A DNA stretch of 64,000 nucleotides from Caecitellus pseudoparvulus (taxonomy: Eukaryota; Protista; Bigyra: Bicosoecida), in assembly GCA_965644315.1 (NCBI GenBank), contig CBFFRQ010000018.1, positions 682,001-746,000 of the forward strand. The letters run 5' to 3'. The notes under the pieces were generated by a model. That model ran no database searches. It was not told the DNA's origin and saw nothing but the letters and a program-made list of their open reading frames with translations. Made by a program: the position numbers and the translations under genes. Of the stretch, positions 35,035 through 47,800 are shown piece after piece. How positions within the stretch are numbered: the stretch's first letter is position 1; each line of letters opens with the position of its first letter.

Positions 35035-36810
35035 ATGGCACTTGTTGCTGGCCGGCTTCGTGGGCTTTCAGTCGCCTTGGTTGCTTTAGAGTACCATCTT
35101 GGGGCATGGCGAGGCTTTGCATCGCAAAGCAGAGGGCGACTGTGGCCGTCTGCGATGCGCGCACGTGCGGCGACGCCAGTTGCACAGCCACACCGCCCTT
35201 TGAAAGGGACCATACTGAGGGTCGAGCCTGATTTCTGGGAGGTGGAGGTTCCAGGGACAGGGTCGGGGCAAGTCCGCAAGCAGCACATGGTGCAGCCTGG
35301 CCGGCCCGGGCAGCAGGTGACTGTGTACGCTTTGCAAGCGTCGCCATTGGGAGGGTTGGGTGAGTTTGGGGAGGCTCGGCGGTGCAGCAGAGCGACTCCA
35401 GGGCGTGTCCTGCACTTTATACAGATTTTTCTCTGACGCCCGGTGGGAAGAAGACCAAGGAACAGCTGGGGGCCCTGCTGGAGGTGTATTTAGTGAGTGG
35501 TTCGAGAAGCAATTACCGCACCCAGCGTTCGTCATGCCCGCTGCTTGCATCGCCTGCGGCAGAAACGGAATGGGAAGTTCCTAGCCCTGAAGCCCTCTTC
35601 ACCGCCGGAGGACGTCAAGGACAAGCTGGGTCTGTCCAAGTCGTACGTCCACCACCTCGCAACGTGCACGGCCCACGGAGCATCCGCACGAGCCTTCCTT
35701 CGCAGGCAATTCAAAACTGCGGTGCACGAGCTCCGCAAGGCAAATCGCCTCATTGTCTCTGAGGAAGGCGTGTCCTTGTTGCCCTCCAAGCGCACGAAGC
35801 GCGGAGGTGGTGAAGAGGCGGCCTTGCTGCGCCGCCACAAGGCAGCGGCACGAGCCAGTATCCTGGCTCGCGTGCCCGAGGCAGAGGAGGCGTACGGGCT
35901 GCGCGCAGCGGCAGACGAGGCACTGCACCTACTCCCTCCCTCAGCACGCAACGCCCTGTTGGAGTTGCCAGGGGGAGTGCGCCATGGCGTGCCGCAGACA
36001 CTGGCACCTCACAAACGAGCCGCACGGCTGCGGCGTCAACGCCAGGGCATGCGTGCGAGTGCAGTGGTGAACGACCCAGCAAACCGCATGGTGTTTGCTC
36101 TGGAAGAAGAACCGGCCTTTGTTGAGGGAAGTGGGGGCGCCCCCAGCTCCGGTGCAGGCTTGGCCCCCCCTGTCCCACCCGGCATGAAGGCAGTGGCGGG
36201 TCGCAGCACCCTTTCCCCCGCCAAGCAGGCGGAGCTGCGCCGCATGGAGAAGGAAGGGGACTTTGAGGTCCTGGATACGTACGTCCCTGCTGACAAGCCA
36301 CAAACGCCCCCGCCCCAGGCCGCTGCGAGCATGCAGGAGGCAAGGCAAGAACCCTCCTCAGCTCCTGCAGCCCCCGTGCCTCTCCGGGCCGTTGCCCAGG
36401 CGGTGGACTCCATGGCGAGGAAAAAGCGAGGTGGTGCTGCGGCCGCCAACTCTGTCTTGATTCAGGACCAGAGCCGGCTCGAGGAGTTGCTGGAGGTGGC
36501 CCCCGGGGAAGCAGAGGAGGGGGAGCAGTCAGACCTGGCTTACTTCATGCGGGTGCTGGGGGAGGACGTAGGGCAGTACGGAGACATCTTCAGCGAAGGG
36601 GAGCAAGGCGTGCAGGAGGCGCTGGCGCACCCCAACATCCTCCACCTGCGCCGGGCAGTGGCGGAGGGCTCCGTGGACCCTGCCACCCTGACTGGCAGTA
36701 CACGGGCGGCCCTGGCGGAGTCCTTGCGATCGTCTCGCATCCCTGAACACCGCCACGTCTTGGCCCGAATCCGCGCCCTGGAAAGTGGTGCAGAGGGCGA
36801 CGAACGGTGA
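35035..36810 (+). CDS. CvfB-like (S1 + winged helix) RNA-binding protein with putative mitochondrial presequence; introns 35360-35424, 35493-35562, 35643-35705
   Basis: S1-like LKGTILRVEPDFWEVEV..GQQVTVY..DFSLTP, then LLEVYLKRNGKFLALKPSSPPEDVKDKLGLSKSQFKTAVHELRKANRLIVSEEGVSLL, which matches the CvfB C-terminal winged-helix pattern. Confidence 0.72.
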
Positions 36811-36846
36811 GGGTGCAGGGCGCAATGCATGCATTTTTGCGCAGCA

Positions 36847-39800
36847 TCACGTGTACAGCGTCTGCGCCAGGCTGCTCCACTGGTGTGGCGGCACCGTGTC
36901 CCAGCCACTCAGCTGCTTGTGCACTCGTGCCGCCTCCCGCAAGCCAGTTTCGTAGGCCCCCGCGACAGTTGTCGGGTGTTGCCGGTTGGTGGCCTCTCCT
37001 GCGAAGCACAGGCAGTTGTCCAGGCCGACCGGCGCTGCCAGGACGTCATATGCGTGGCCTGTGGAGCCAACGGGGATGTGAGAGTACGCTCCCCGTGAGT
37101 GCGGGTCACTGCCCCAGCGGGTTACGTAATACGACGTGGGGGGTGGCGTGTGGGGTCCGAAGAGGTCCTGCAGCGCCTTCATCACGCGCGTCAGGACTTG
37201 GTCATCTGGCACGCCCTCCACCCACTCCGCCGCCTCCCCTGCCATCATGGCAATGAGCGTGGGGCTGCCCCCTGTCAGGCGGTCCAGAGCCCAGAACATG
37301 TAGCCCTCCCCGCGAGGGTCGGAGGGGTCCAGCTGAGCTCGCCCGAACATGTCCTCAATGACCCCCGCTTCCTCCTCGCCCTCCTCCTCCTCCTCGCCAG
37401 ACTCTGACTCGCTGGCTGAGCGGGAACGAGCTGTGGGAGAGGCATTCCCAGTCTCAGCACCAACTCCACTGGCCTCGGCACCACTCGGCTGAGCTGTGGG
37501 GCGCTTTGGGCGCTTGGCCGCGATCTTGGCCAGGGCTGCCGCACCACCCTTCAGCAACTCCTCCGCCTCAGCAACGCCGCCGCTGGAAATCAGCAAGGCA
37601 TCCACGACGTCGTGCACAGACGAGGAGCCAGCCTTCAGCAGCAGCGCACAGGCCTTGCGCACGATGTCGTCAGGGACGTACCGACTGTGCAGCCGCACGC
37701 CAGGGAGCAACATGACGGGGGGGATGTCACTTGCACCTGAGGCAGAGGCCAGTGTGAGGGGCTTCTTGGCATGGCCTCCACGGGGCGGCTTGGCGGGGGC
37801 AGGCTCAGCGGTTGGTGTGGCTGACGCGTCCTCCGCCTCCGCGACTCCCAGCGGCGCACCTGCCCGGCGCCAGAACGCGTGGGGGAAGCGCAGGATGACC
37901 TTGTTGAGGAGGCCGTTCCCCATCGCCTCCACGGCTGCCTGCTTTGCAGGCGGCAGCGCAGGCTCGAACTGCACGTCGCCCGCCTTCAAGCAGCCCAAGG
38001 GAAGCGTGACCACCGCTGCATCTGCTGTGACCTCCTCGCCATTTCGCAGGGCAATGCGCACAGCAGCACCGGGCGGGGCTGGCGAGGCGTCCTCGCGCGC
38101 AGCCCCCCCTCCCTTGCTTTTCGTGCCTGTCCCACACGCTGGAACAGCGGGCGCCGAGCTGCCACCCGCGGCGGCCAAGGGGTGCGCTGAGCCGATGTAG
38201 TCGGGAGTGGCAGCTGCAGCGTACTCGATGCTGGCCACGGGCGCTCGCAGCGTGACTGGGATGTCCTTGGCCACAGCCCGAATGATGCCGTCGTAGCCAC
38301 ACTTGAGCATGGTGTGCCGGCCATAGTTGTGCATGTTATCGGCGTCGTCTTGATCCCAATGACGCAGGCTCACCCGGCTCAGCGGTGCGGCGCAGCCGTA
38401 CTCAAGGTTGCTGACGTGCCACCGCACCAAGGCATCGGTGACGGCATCAGCCGTCACCTCTTGCTGACGGGCAGGGTCGCCTGCTTGCCCCTCTGCCAGG
38501 GCCGCCGCCGCGGCTCGCAAGGCAGCGTCTCCGGCAGCGGACAGGGATGAAGCCTGGCGTGTCAGCGCGTCCTGCCCCAGCACCACCGCAGTGGTGCAGC
38601 CGCCGTCACCGTCAACGGAGGGAAGCCCGGCGGTAGGCTCGCACGAACAGCCATGGGTTGCTTGGCCTGCATCTTCCACGGGCAGGGTCACGAAGCCTTC
38701 GCCGTCAAAACTCGTTTTGGGCTTGATGGAGAGGGCAGCCGCGTCCCCTGCAGGCGTGGGCAAGGGCAGCTGGTTGAAGTGCAGCACGCGGCGCAGCTCA
38801 CAGTGCAATTGGGCACCAGTGATGCCTGGCAACACCTCTGCTGCACCAGTCAGCCCACCAGCCTTGCGCCGCTTCGCCAATGCATCCACGCCCTCAGCTG
38901 GGGCCGCGTCTCGATCTCGCTTCCACCCACCTGCTTGAGCTGAAGAAACAGCTGCCAATGGCAAGCCCTGCAGCACCCCCTGCTCAAGGAAGGGCGGCGG
39001 CAACACGCGGGACAGGGGCACGCCAGAGTTGTGTGCCAGGGTGAAGGCGCGCAGTTTTGAGATGAACTCTGCCGCGGCGCCCAGGGACACGTCCCACGCT
39101 CGCCCAGACCAGCCCCGTAGCACCACACCACAGGCCCGCAGCAGGGCTGAGGGGCTGCTCCACATGTCACCGAAAGCCGACTCGACGACAATGTGTCCGG
39201 GAGGCGCAGGCGTGGCTAGGTCACTTGTGCCCGCCGCCGACGGCACGGGGGAGGGCGAGGCTGCCGAGGCACCCCGTTTGCTGGAAGCGCCCGGCGAGTT
39301 GGGCGTCTCTGGTTCGCCCTGGGAGGCGGGGGTAGGCGTGTCCTCCCGGCGGCGCTTGCTGCCCCCAACCGATGCGGCCTTGCCTGCCTTGCTCGCGCCA
39401 GCTTTGGCCTTGGGGGGTGCATCCACCACGACGGCACACCATGCCGCGGCAGCCTCTGCCACCTGCCTGGGCAGCTCTACGTCCCCAGCGGCGTCTTTCT
39501 TGCGCCGACTGCGAGGAGCTGGCCAGTTCACGCCGTGGGGGTCCTCCTCTGCCTCCAGTGCCGCCATGATGAGGGACCGCACATCTCCCGACAGCGCCTC
39601 GGGCTTGCCATTGGTCGGCGCCGGCAGCAGGCTGGTGATGGAGGGGGGCAGCGCGCCCCCCGCACGGTATGAACCGCGCATGTCGTTGGCGGCAGCCAGC
39701 AGCGCATTGTACTGACTCTCAGCCGCCGCGTCCAATGCGCGTGGAGCAGGGAAGCCTGCAATGCGCAAGGGGTCATCGTCACACTGTGCAGCCGGGGCAC

Positions 39801-42800
39801 GCCCCTCCAGGCCAAGCCCGCCGCCACGCGTGCCCGCAGAGCGCACGGGCAAGGTGGGCTGCGCCGCACCCAGAACGGGGCCAGAGGGGAGCCCCTTGGC
39901 GTCCAGGGGCACCCCTGGCGATCCCGAGGCGTCTCCAGACCCCACGTAGCACGCCATGACCTTGCCCACCAGGTGCCACTCCGCCGGCATGCCCAGCCAA
40001 TTGCACACCAGGGCAAGCTCTCGTGCCACGCGCAGGGCAGCGCCCTGCGCCCGCCGCTTGCACGCGTCCGATGCCCCCACGGCGTCACTGGCGCAAGCAT
40101 CGAGCACTGCGTGCAGCCGGCGCAGAAGGCGCAGGTGCTGGCTCAGGCGCAAGCTCTCCGCTGCAGCCAGCTTGGCGCACTCGTCCACGACTGTGTACAG
40201 TGTGGACGACAGGAAGCGGCTGGGAGGGCAGCCCTCAGGCGGCGGCTGTGCCTTGCGACTGCGCAGGCGCTGAGCGAGAGAGGGGGGGATGTCGCCTTTG
40301 GGCGAGGCGCCCACATCGGGCAGGGTGTCTCCGCGCAGCAAGTCATCCAGCAGCCCCGCCTCAAACTCAGACAGCGCCACGCCAGCCGCTGTGCGGGGAA
40401 TGGTGCCCTCTGCCAGCGTGCTGCCGGGGTGTTTCTTCTTCTTGGCCTTGCTGTCTCGCCCGTCGCGAGAGCGGGGTGGGGGTGCGGGGCCACGCCCCAC
40501 GCCTTGTGGCACCAGTGCTCCGAACTTGGGCGGCAGCACGTCAGTGACGGCCAGAATGCCTTCTGCCGACTTGACGGCTGCCGCCAGCTCGGCAGCTTCC
40601 GCTTGGCGCGACGCCAGGCGACGCCACAGCGCAGGCGGCACACGCCCCATGTCCAGGAAGGCTGCCGGCCCAGCAGAGACAATGGCTTGCCCTCGAGGTG
40701 ACTCCCGGTGCGCTGCCAAGGTGTGCAGGACGTCTGCCTCGGCTTCCACTGCCTCCATGGCAGCTACGCGACGTGGCCCCAGGAGGGACTGGTACGCGTG
40801 GTAGGCGATGACGCCGCCCACCACGATGCCGCGCACTTGTGCCTCCAGATGGCTGTTATTGAAGGCCGTCACACTGGGCTGTGCAGACAGCGGCAGGAGA
40901 ATGCGGCAGACGCTGTTGCTCAGGTTGTACACGGGCAGGGAAGCTTGGCGGGCCAGCATGGCGGCGGGGTTGGGCTCGTCCCCGGTTGTGACCATGGCGC
41001 CTGCGTCGGCATTGCAGCCCACAGCATTCCGCACAGTGTGCACGCGGCCCCCAACACGCGACCGCGCCTCCAGCACTGTCACACGGTACCCCAGCAGAGT
41101 CAGCTGCCGCGCAGTGGTGAGGCCGGCAATGCCGGCGCCCACCACTGCGACGTGCTTTGTTGCCGGGCGGGTGGGCAAGCCAGCACCCTGAGCCTCCCCC
41201 ACCCGGCGGGGCAGCGCCACCGCCCCATGGTTGATGAAGCCTGTCACGGCCAGGAAAAAGAAGACTCGCAGGGTGAACTCGTGCAGGAAGGACGGCAGGC
41301 CCATGAGAGCCTCCTGCGGGGTGAGCAGCTGCTGCGGGCGCTGCACCCACCGCAGGAGGATGTGGTTGCGCACGTCAAGGAATGCCTGGTTGCAGTCCAA
41401 GCACGTCGTGTGCCACGGCTGTGGCTCCAGGGACCCGTCGCTGGCCAGGGGGATGACCTTGTCGGGCGCCGCGTGCCGGGCACGAGCCCACCGACAGGCT
41501 TGGCGCTGGGCATCTGTGACAGGCTTGGGCAGGTCGGTGGGAGCAGGGGGGGGCGCTGCAGCTGGCGGCAGTGGGGGTGACACCCACGGGCAGGCGTCGT
41601 CCACCAGGTCCAAGGACACGGCGTCCGTGGCCAGGGCCGGGGCGGCAGCGGCAGACGCGCCGCTCACATCCCCTGACATGGCGGAGGCGAGGTCAAAGAC
41701 AGAGCCACTGGAGCCACCCTCCTCCCCTTGCTGCTCCTGGGCCATGACCGCGGAGGCCACTTCGGGCGTGTCCACGTCCCCCAGCGCCTCCGTGTTGGCG
41801 CTGGCAGGGGTCGGTGCGGCAGCCCCCGCTTCAGTCGCCTCCTCCCCGGCACCAGCTGTAGCGCTTGTGGGTGCTCCCTCCTCTCCATCGTCCTGCCCCA
41901 CACCGGGAGTGCTGGGTGAGGGCGAGGCGGCGGCAGGGCTCTCTGCAGCGCCTTCATCGGCTCGCGGGGCAGGGGCGGTGCTGGGCGCACCTCTGGAGGG
42001 CGTGGAGGGCGCCTGGTCCTCACTCGCCGCCTTGCGCGAGCCAGTCACGGGGGCAGCCGAGGCCCCCTTGCGCTTGGAGCGCGTGTACACGAAGCGCGAG
42101 ACGGCGGAGGCCGCCTCCTCTGCACAGTGGGGGAAGGCAGCCACCTCACCGGGTGACATGCGCGCGGGCTCCAGGCCGGCGGCAAAGGCTCCCGAAAAGT
42201 GCTTATTGCCCGCCGAGTCCGGGCCGAAGACGTGTGCCGCCAGCCACTTGCGGGAGGCTCGCCAGCTGCTGACGATGCGCATCGCCACGGCGTGTCGGCG
42301 CCACGCTGCCTCAGCAGGGCCCATGCCGGCAGGCGGCGGGGGAATGGCAAAGGTGTCCTGCAGGGGGGGCAAGCCAGCTGCCTTGGCCCACGCATCGTCA
42401 GCGTGGCGGTCTTGGGGGGAAGGTGCCAACACCCACTTCAGGTGCTGGCGGTACTGGGAGACGATCTGTGCCCTGGCTGTGCTCTCGCCCTGCACTCCCA
42501 TGGCAGCAACAATATCATCCCACAGGTCTTCGGACTCCACTTTCTCCGCCCCCCCCGCGGCATGCAAGCACTGCACCAGCATGTACAAGTCTGCGCAGGG
42601 TGGTGTGTGATGGCGGCCAGTGACGCTGGCGGTGCCTCGCGGCGCCGCATGAATGGCCGCAGGCGCCGCACACACTCACCTAAAGGGTAGCCTGCCAGTG
42701 TTGGCTTTCTCTGTGCGAGGTGTGGGAAGCGCACTTCCAACGCGCGCTCCAGCAGCATTCGCTGGTGCAGCCTGGACGGCACGAAGGTGCCATTGCGAAT

Positions 42801-42851
42801 GCTGCTCAGCAGTGTCGGCACACCCTTGATGTCCACTGCGCCATCCTCCAT
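36847..42851 (-). CDS. KDM1: LSD1/KDM1-like flavin-dependent histone demethylase with N-terminal ARID, SWIRM and a split amine-oxidase domain; intron 42591-42679
   Basis: [12 protein letters not shown]|DLYML..GGAEKV..W..QYRQHL; [30 protein letters not shown]; FAD motif [24 protein letters not shown]; [16 protein letters not shown]; GLLNKVIL (catalytic Lys); [13 protein letters not shown]; [20 protein letters not shown]. Confidence 0.88.
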
Positions 42852-43101
42852 GCCGAAGGCCGACAGAGACACCTATTCCGGGGTGGCGAGAGGCAGCACC
42901 CGGAAGCCGCTGTTGGGGCGGGCGGGTCCTTGCAGTGACGCGGGCAGTGCGGAAATAGAGCACACCCTGCGCCGGTGGGGCGAATGCCCAGGCCAGCAAG
43001 CTGAGCAGGAGCAGAGGCAGGGTACGTGCTCAGGCGCGCTGCACACGAACTGACGACAGGCGTGAATTGTCGTAGGTGCCGCTCTGGTAAAGTGCATGCG
43101 C

Positions 43102-44564
43102 TCACATGGCCGGGAAGTCCACGACGGCCTGGCCCACTTCGTGCAGGGCGCCCACCACCTCCATGGTGCCCTCCCACAGGCCAGTGCAGTGGTACGGCAC
43201 GCCGTGCTCCTCGGCGAGGGGCTTAACCAGCGATGCCGCCTTGGCCAGGGAGTGGCGGGGCAGGCTGGGGAACAGGTGGTGCTCGATCTGGTAGTGCAGG
43301 CCGCCCATGAACCAGCCGTTCAGCGCCACGTCGTGGACGTTGCGGGTGGTGGTGATCTGGTACACGGAGAAAGGAGGGGGGTTGGCGTGCTCGTAGATGG
43401 TCATGCCGTTGTGCCCCACGGCGAAGGCCACCGCCAGCATCACGCCGCAGCCCGCCTGGGCGATGAAGGTGTACGCCAGAGCGTGTGTCCAGGGCATGCA
43501 CAGCATGAGGGCGCCGTACCAGGCCCAGTGCAGGAGCAAGCCAGCGTGCTCGAAGGCACCCATGGCCAGGGGGCGGGTGCGGCCTGGGCGCCCCCACCCC
43601 ATGCTGAAGCCGAAGACGTACAGGAGGGACTGGTGGGCCCACGCCAGGCGGGCGCCCATGACCAGCACCCAGAAGGCCAGGTGCTGGAAGCGGTGGAACT
43701 TGCTGGGGCCCTTGGCCAGCAGCTTGCGAGACCAGGCCAGGAGGGGCATGGTGTCGATGTCGGGGTCGCCATCGTGGGCCTCCTCAGCGCTCTCGTGCGT
43801 GTTGGGGATGCTGTGGTGGGTGTTGTGCTTGTTCTTCCACCACTCCACGGAGAAGCCCTGGAAGACGTTGCCAACGAGCCAGCCCATTGCGTCCCCCAGC
43901 AGGCGCCACTTGAATACCTGGTGGTGCACGTAGTCGTGCGCCAGCCAGCCACACTGCTGCAAGAAGACGGCCAGGAATGCCGCAGACAGCATGTGCATGA
44001 CAAACGAATCGTAGGACAGCACTAGCCACCACGCCACCACGGCGAAGGCCACAGTGGACAGGGTCTTGATGGTGTACCACACAGGGCTGTGACGCAAGGG
44101 AGGCGGGGAGAGGGCCAGTGTGGCGGGCCGGGCGGGTGGGCGTTGATGTCCACTGAAGTGCACGTTGTCAAATTCCGCGCCGCAACACGTCAGGGAAACA
44201 CTCACTCGGCGTCGAAGTAGCCCTCCCGCTGCAGCTTGGCCCGCACCTCACGCACGTCGGCTTCGAAAGCCTCCCACTTGTGCTGGGGCTCCTCGCTCAG
44301 CTCGCCGATGCAGTACGTGTCCATCATCGCGTACGCCGATTCAGGGTGGAAGCCCTCGAAGACACCTGTTGCGTCCTTGCCAGCGTGGGTGAAGATGACG
44401 TCCCCGCCCGGGTGCCGGCTCCAACCAGACACATCATACACCTTGCCACCCCACGCGATCCAGGCGTCCTCCTTGGTGTTGTGCTGCGCCAGCTCCTTCC
44501 AGGTGATGCTGCGCTTGGCAGTGGCGGCTTTGCGGCCTGCCACGGCTCGGCCACCCTTGCCCAT
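43102..44564 (-). CDS. Front-end (delta-6-like) fatty acid desaturase with cytochrome b5 domain; intron 44087-44205
   Basis: MGKGG start, HPGG heme motif, His boxes HDYVH, HNTHH and QIEHH, plus GDPDIDTMPLLAWS. Confidence 0.95.
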
Positions 44565-44894
44565 GTTGAAGAGGGCTGCGAGATCGGCGCTTGTTGGGCA
44601 CTGCCTGGGGGTAACTGCAGGGGTGTGTGAGTGCCAGGAGGCTGGTGCAGTGTGGAAAAGTACTGAGAGGGCGGCATTGGAGCTAGGTGCCAGGCGGCCG
44701 TGCGCACACACTCTCCACCCGCTAGCACCTCCCGAGCGTGAGTAAAACCGAAAAGTTCCCAGGCATGGCTATGAACCCGCAGTGTTCACCTGCCACTTGC
44801 AGTGGGCAGACTTCAGTGCCCGTGAGGGGCGGGTTTCGCAGCGCCTGCACCGGCACTTCAGTAGCGGAAATCGGGCCGGGGCTGGGCACCTGCC

Positions 44895-47800
44895 ATGCAG
44901 GCGCACCACCACCAGGTGCAGTATGCCTTGGCTCCTCGAGTGTGGCGGGAGAAAGAGCGCAGCCAGCTGGCGGTGTGGACTGAGGAGTGGCTCGGCAAGG
45001 CTCGCAATGCGCTTTTTGGGGTGCGTCCCATGCATACGTCGCTGCGCGACGAGGCCCTGCAGTTGCCGCCTCCGCCTGCGGCCTTGGCAACGCCGCCCTT
45101 GACTCCTGCGCAGGTGCTGTACCTCGCCTCTAAGGACCTGCACTCTTCTGTCCCAGTGCAAGGTTTCATTGCCACCATCAACGCCATTCAGCTGTGGATT
45201 TTCCCCTTGCGGCTTTTGACGACAGTGCGTACCCAGCCTTTGTCCATCGCGAGGCTGCGGAAGCTCCACGGGCTTGCACACGCGCGCCGCCGCCCCCCCA
45301 TCGCAGGCATCCCTGATTGAGCGTGAGTGCCTACGTGAACCGCAGCCCCTCACCCTCCCTGGATCCACGTTGCGTGTGTCGCTGCCCTCCCCTCGCAGAA
45401 AGCGGCGGCGTGACAGAGCTGGCTTCCGTTGCAGCCGTCGTGAACACGGGCAACGCGGATCAGTTCCTGGGCAAGGCCTTCTACTTCATCGTCTTTGCCA
45501 TGGCCATGCTGCTGAATTCCTCTTTCGTGGCGCTGGTGGCCTACATCGCCATCCGTTTCGCGTGCGTTTCTGCTGCGCCCAGCACACAGTAGCAGCTCCC
45601 TTTGCTGCACACTTTCACCTCCCCACGCACACGCCCTCCCCAGACAAGAGCGGGAGCAGAGCCCCCTGTTGCTGAAGCTCCTGCGCAACATCGCCACTCT
45701 CGTGAGCTCGGTGCTGTTCATCCCGTCCCTCGGCGTCACCTTTCGCTGGCTGCGCTGCTCTGGCCTGTCTGACACTCTGCCCGACCAGTCCTGCTTCACG
45801 GGCTTGCACGCTTTTGTGTCTTCGCTGGTGTTCTTGACGACGCCCATCTTCGTCGCGCTGTGCGTCTTCACGCAGGTGGTCTTCATCGACCGCAACCCGC
45901 TGTCAGACATGTTTGGCGCCAAGGTGCACGGGCGCGTGGAGGCGGTCATGATCATGGCCAAGGTCGCCCTGGTCATCCTCTTCAACGCCGTCGTGGACAT
46001 CGCACCCCCTGGCCTGACCTTTGCTGTGTGCTTCGTCACGGCAGCGCTGTGGGTGGGCTTGCTCGTCAAGCGCCAGCCCTTCATCTCTCCCGCCATGAAC
46101 GACCTTAGATCAGGGTTCGGGGCTGTCTTTGCCTGGGTGACCCTCATGGCTGGCTATGTCCTGCTGGCCCCCCGGCGCGACATCGGTGTCTTGGCCATGG
46201 CTGGCCTCCCCGTCTCCTTCGGCTTGGGCTGGTACGCCAGTCGCACGTACCGGGAGGCCGTCGTTGCCGCCCCGCTGAAGGCCCTCGCTTCCTGGCAAGA
46301 TGTGGACTTGTGGGCACGCACGCGCATCCGCCTGCAGGCGCGCCTGCGCACTGAGCAGCGCCGACAGGGCCTCGCCCGCACAGCAGCTGGCAAGCGCCAG
46401 CGAGGCGGCAAGGGCGTGCAGGAGGCAGGCCCCACCTCCACGGCAGCGCACTCTCATGCCGCCCGCGGCAAGAGACGGGGCGGGGCCGGCACCTCCACGC
46501 TCATCGCGGCGGGTGGGGGTGCAGACGCCAGCACGGCTGTGGGCCCGCGGGGCAGCACCTTGGCCAGCCTCATCCGCAACCGCCTGGGCATGACGGGAGC
46601 TGACAACGGCTTGCTGGTGGGTGGCGGCGTGTCTGGCGCATCCACACTGCAGTCCGCGCCGCCGTCACGGGTGCGGCACGTGTCGCGGGCGACGTCTGGG
46701 GCGTCGGGCCCCAGCAGCGTCGTGTCTGGCGCCACGAGTGGCGCGGGCAGCGCTGTCGGCTCGGCGGCAGGCAGCGCCATTGGCATGCACGACAGCCACA
46801 CGGATGAATCGGGCGGGGAGGAGGCGGGCCCACCTGGCATGCAAGCCACACACAGCTCCTTGGTGCCTGGCAGTGGGGGCAGCAGCCTCGCTGTGGGCTC
46901 ACGTGTCGGCAGCAGCGTCGTCGCTGGCTCGCGCAGGGTGACGTCAGAGGCGGGCAGCACTCGCCAGGAGGGCCACGAAGCGCCCCTGCGCACAGTGTCT
47001 GTGGATGAAGTGCTGGGCCTGCTCACAGTGCAGGTGGAGCAAGCCTACGCCTTCGCAGCGCGGCGCTTCCCCACTCGTGGCCTGGGGCTGCTGGCGGCCG
47101 CCTCGTACTACCAGCGTTTGCACTCCACACGGTACATGGAGATGGTGGCGCTGTACAATGCCCGCCGCGTGAGCAAGGCCTCTGACGTGGCATTTTTCGT
47201 GTACCAGCGCAGTCGGCAGCTGCGAGAGACGCAGAGCGCAGCTGCGGCAGGGCGGGGGCAGTCCACGGGGTCCAGCGGCAAGAACCTCACCGTGATCGAC
47301 CGCATCCTGTTTGACCAGAAGTGGAAGGTCGCCCGGGACGCAGAGATGACGTGCCTGCAGGCCCAGCTGGAGATGTGGGAGACGCTGCGTCCCCACTGCC
47401 CGGAGTTGCACCGCTTGGAGCCGCTTGCCATGGCTTACTGGGAAGGCCTGCACACAGCGCTGGAGGCGTACCGGTCCATGATGAACATGCAAGGCAACCA
47501 AGCCAAGCTGCTGAAGGCGTTTGGGCACTTCCTGACGCACTTCATGCACGACTCCACGCGGGCGCAGCAGCTGCGGAACAAGGCCGACACCATCTCAGCG
47601 GCGTTGTCGGAGGCCCAGCACCACATCGTGGAGCACCTGGTCATGTTCAAGCGCAGTGAGGTAGACATCCCTGCAGAGGACGAGCGTGTTGCCGTGCTCA
47701 AGGTGGACGGCGACAAGCACTCCATCGGCACCCTGCTGTCCGTGAACTCTGCAGCCTCCCGCATGTTCGGGCGCACTCGCCAGGCTCTGCTGGGGCAGAA

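Noticed and set aside
7598-36810. Functional cluster of mitochondrial genes (MRPL1, GCSH, FAM210, ISCA1, CvfB-like)
   Set aside because: They are interspersed with unrelated genes and share no pathway, which is compatible with random gene order in a compact genome.
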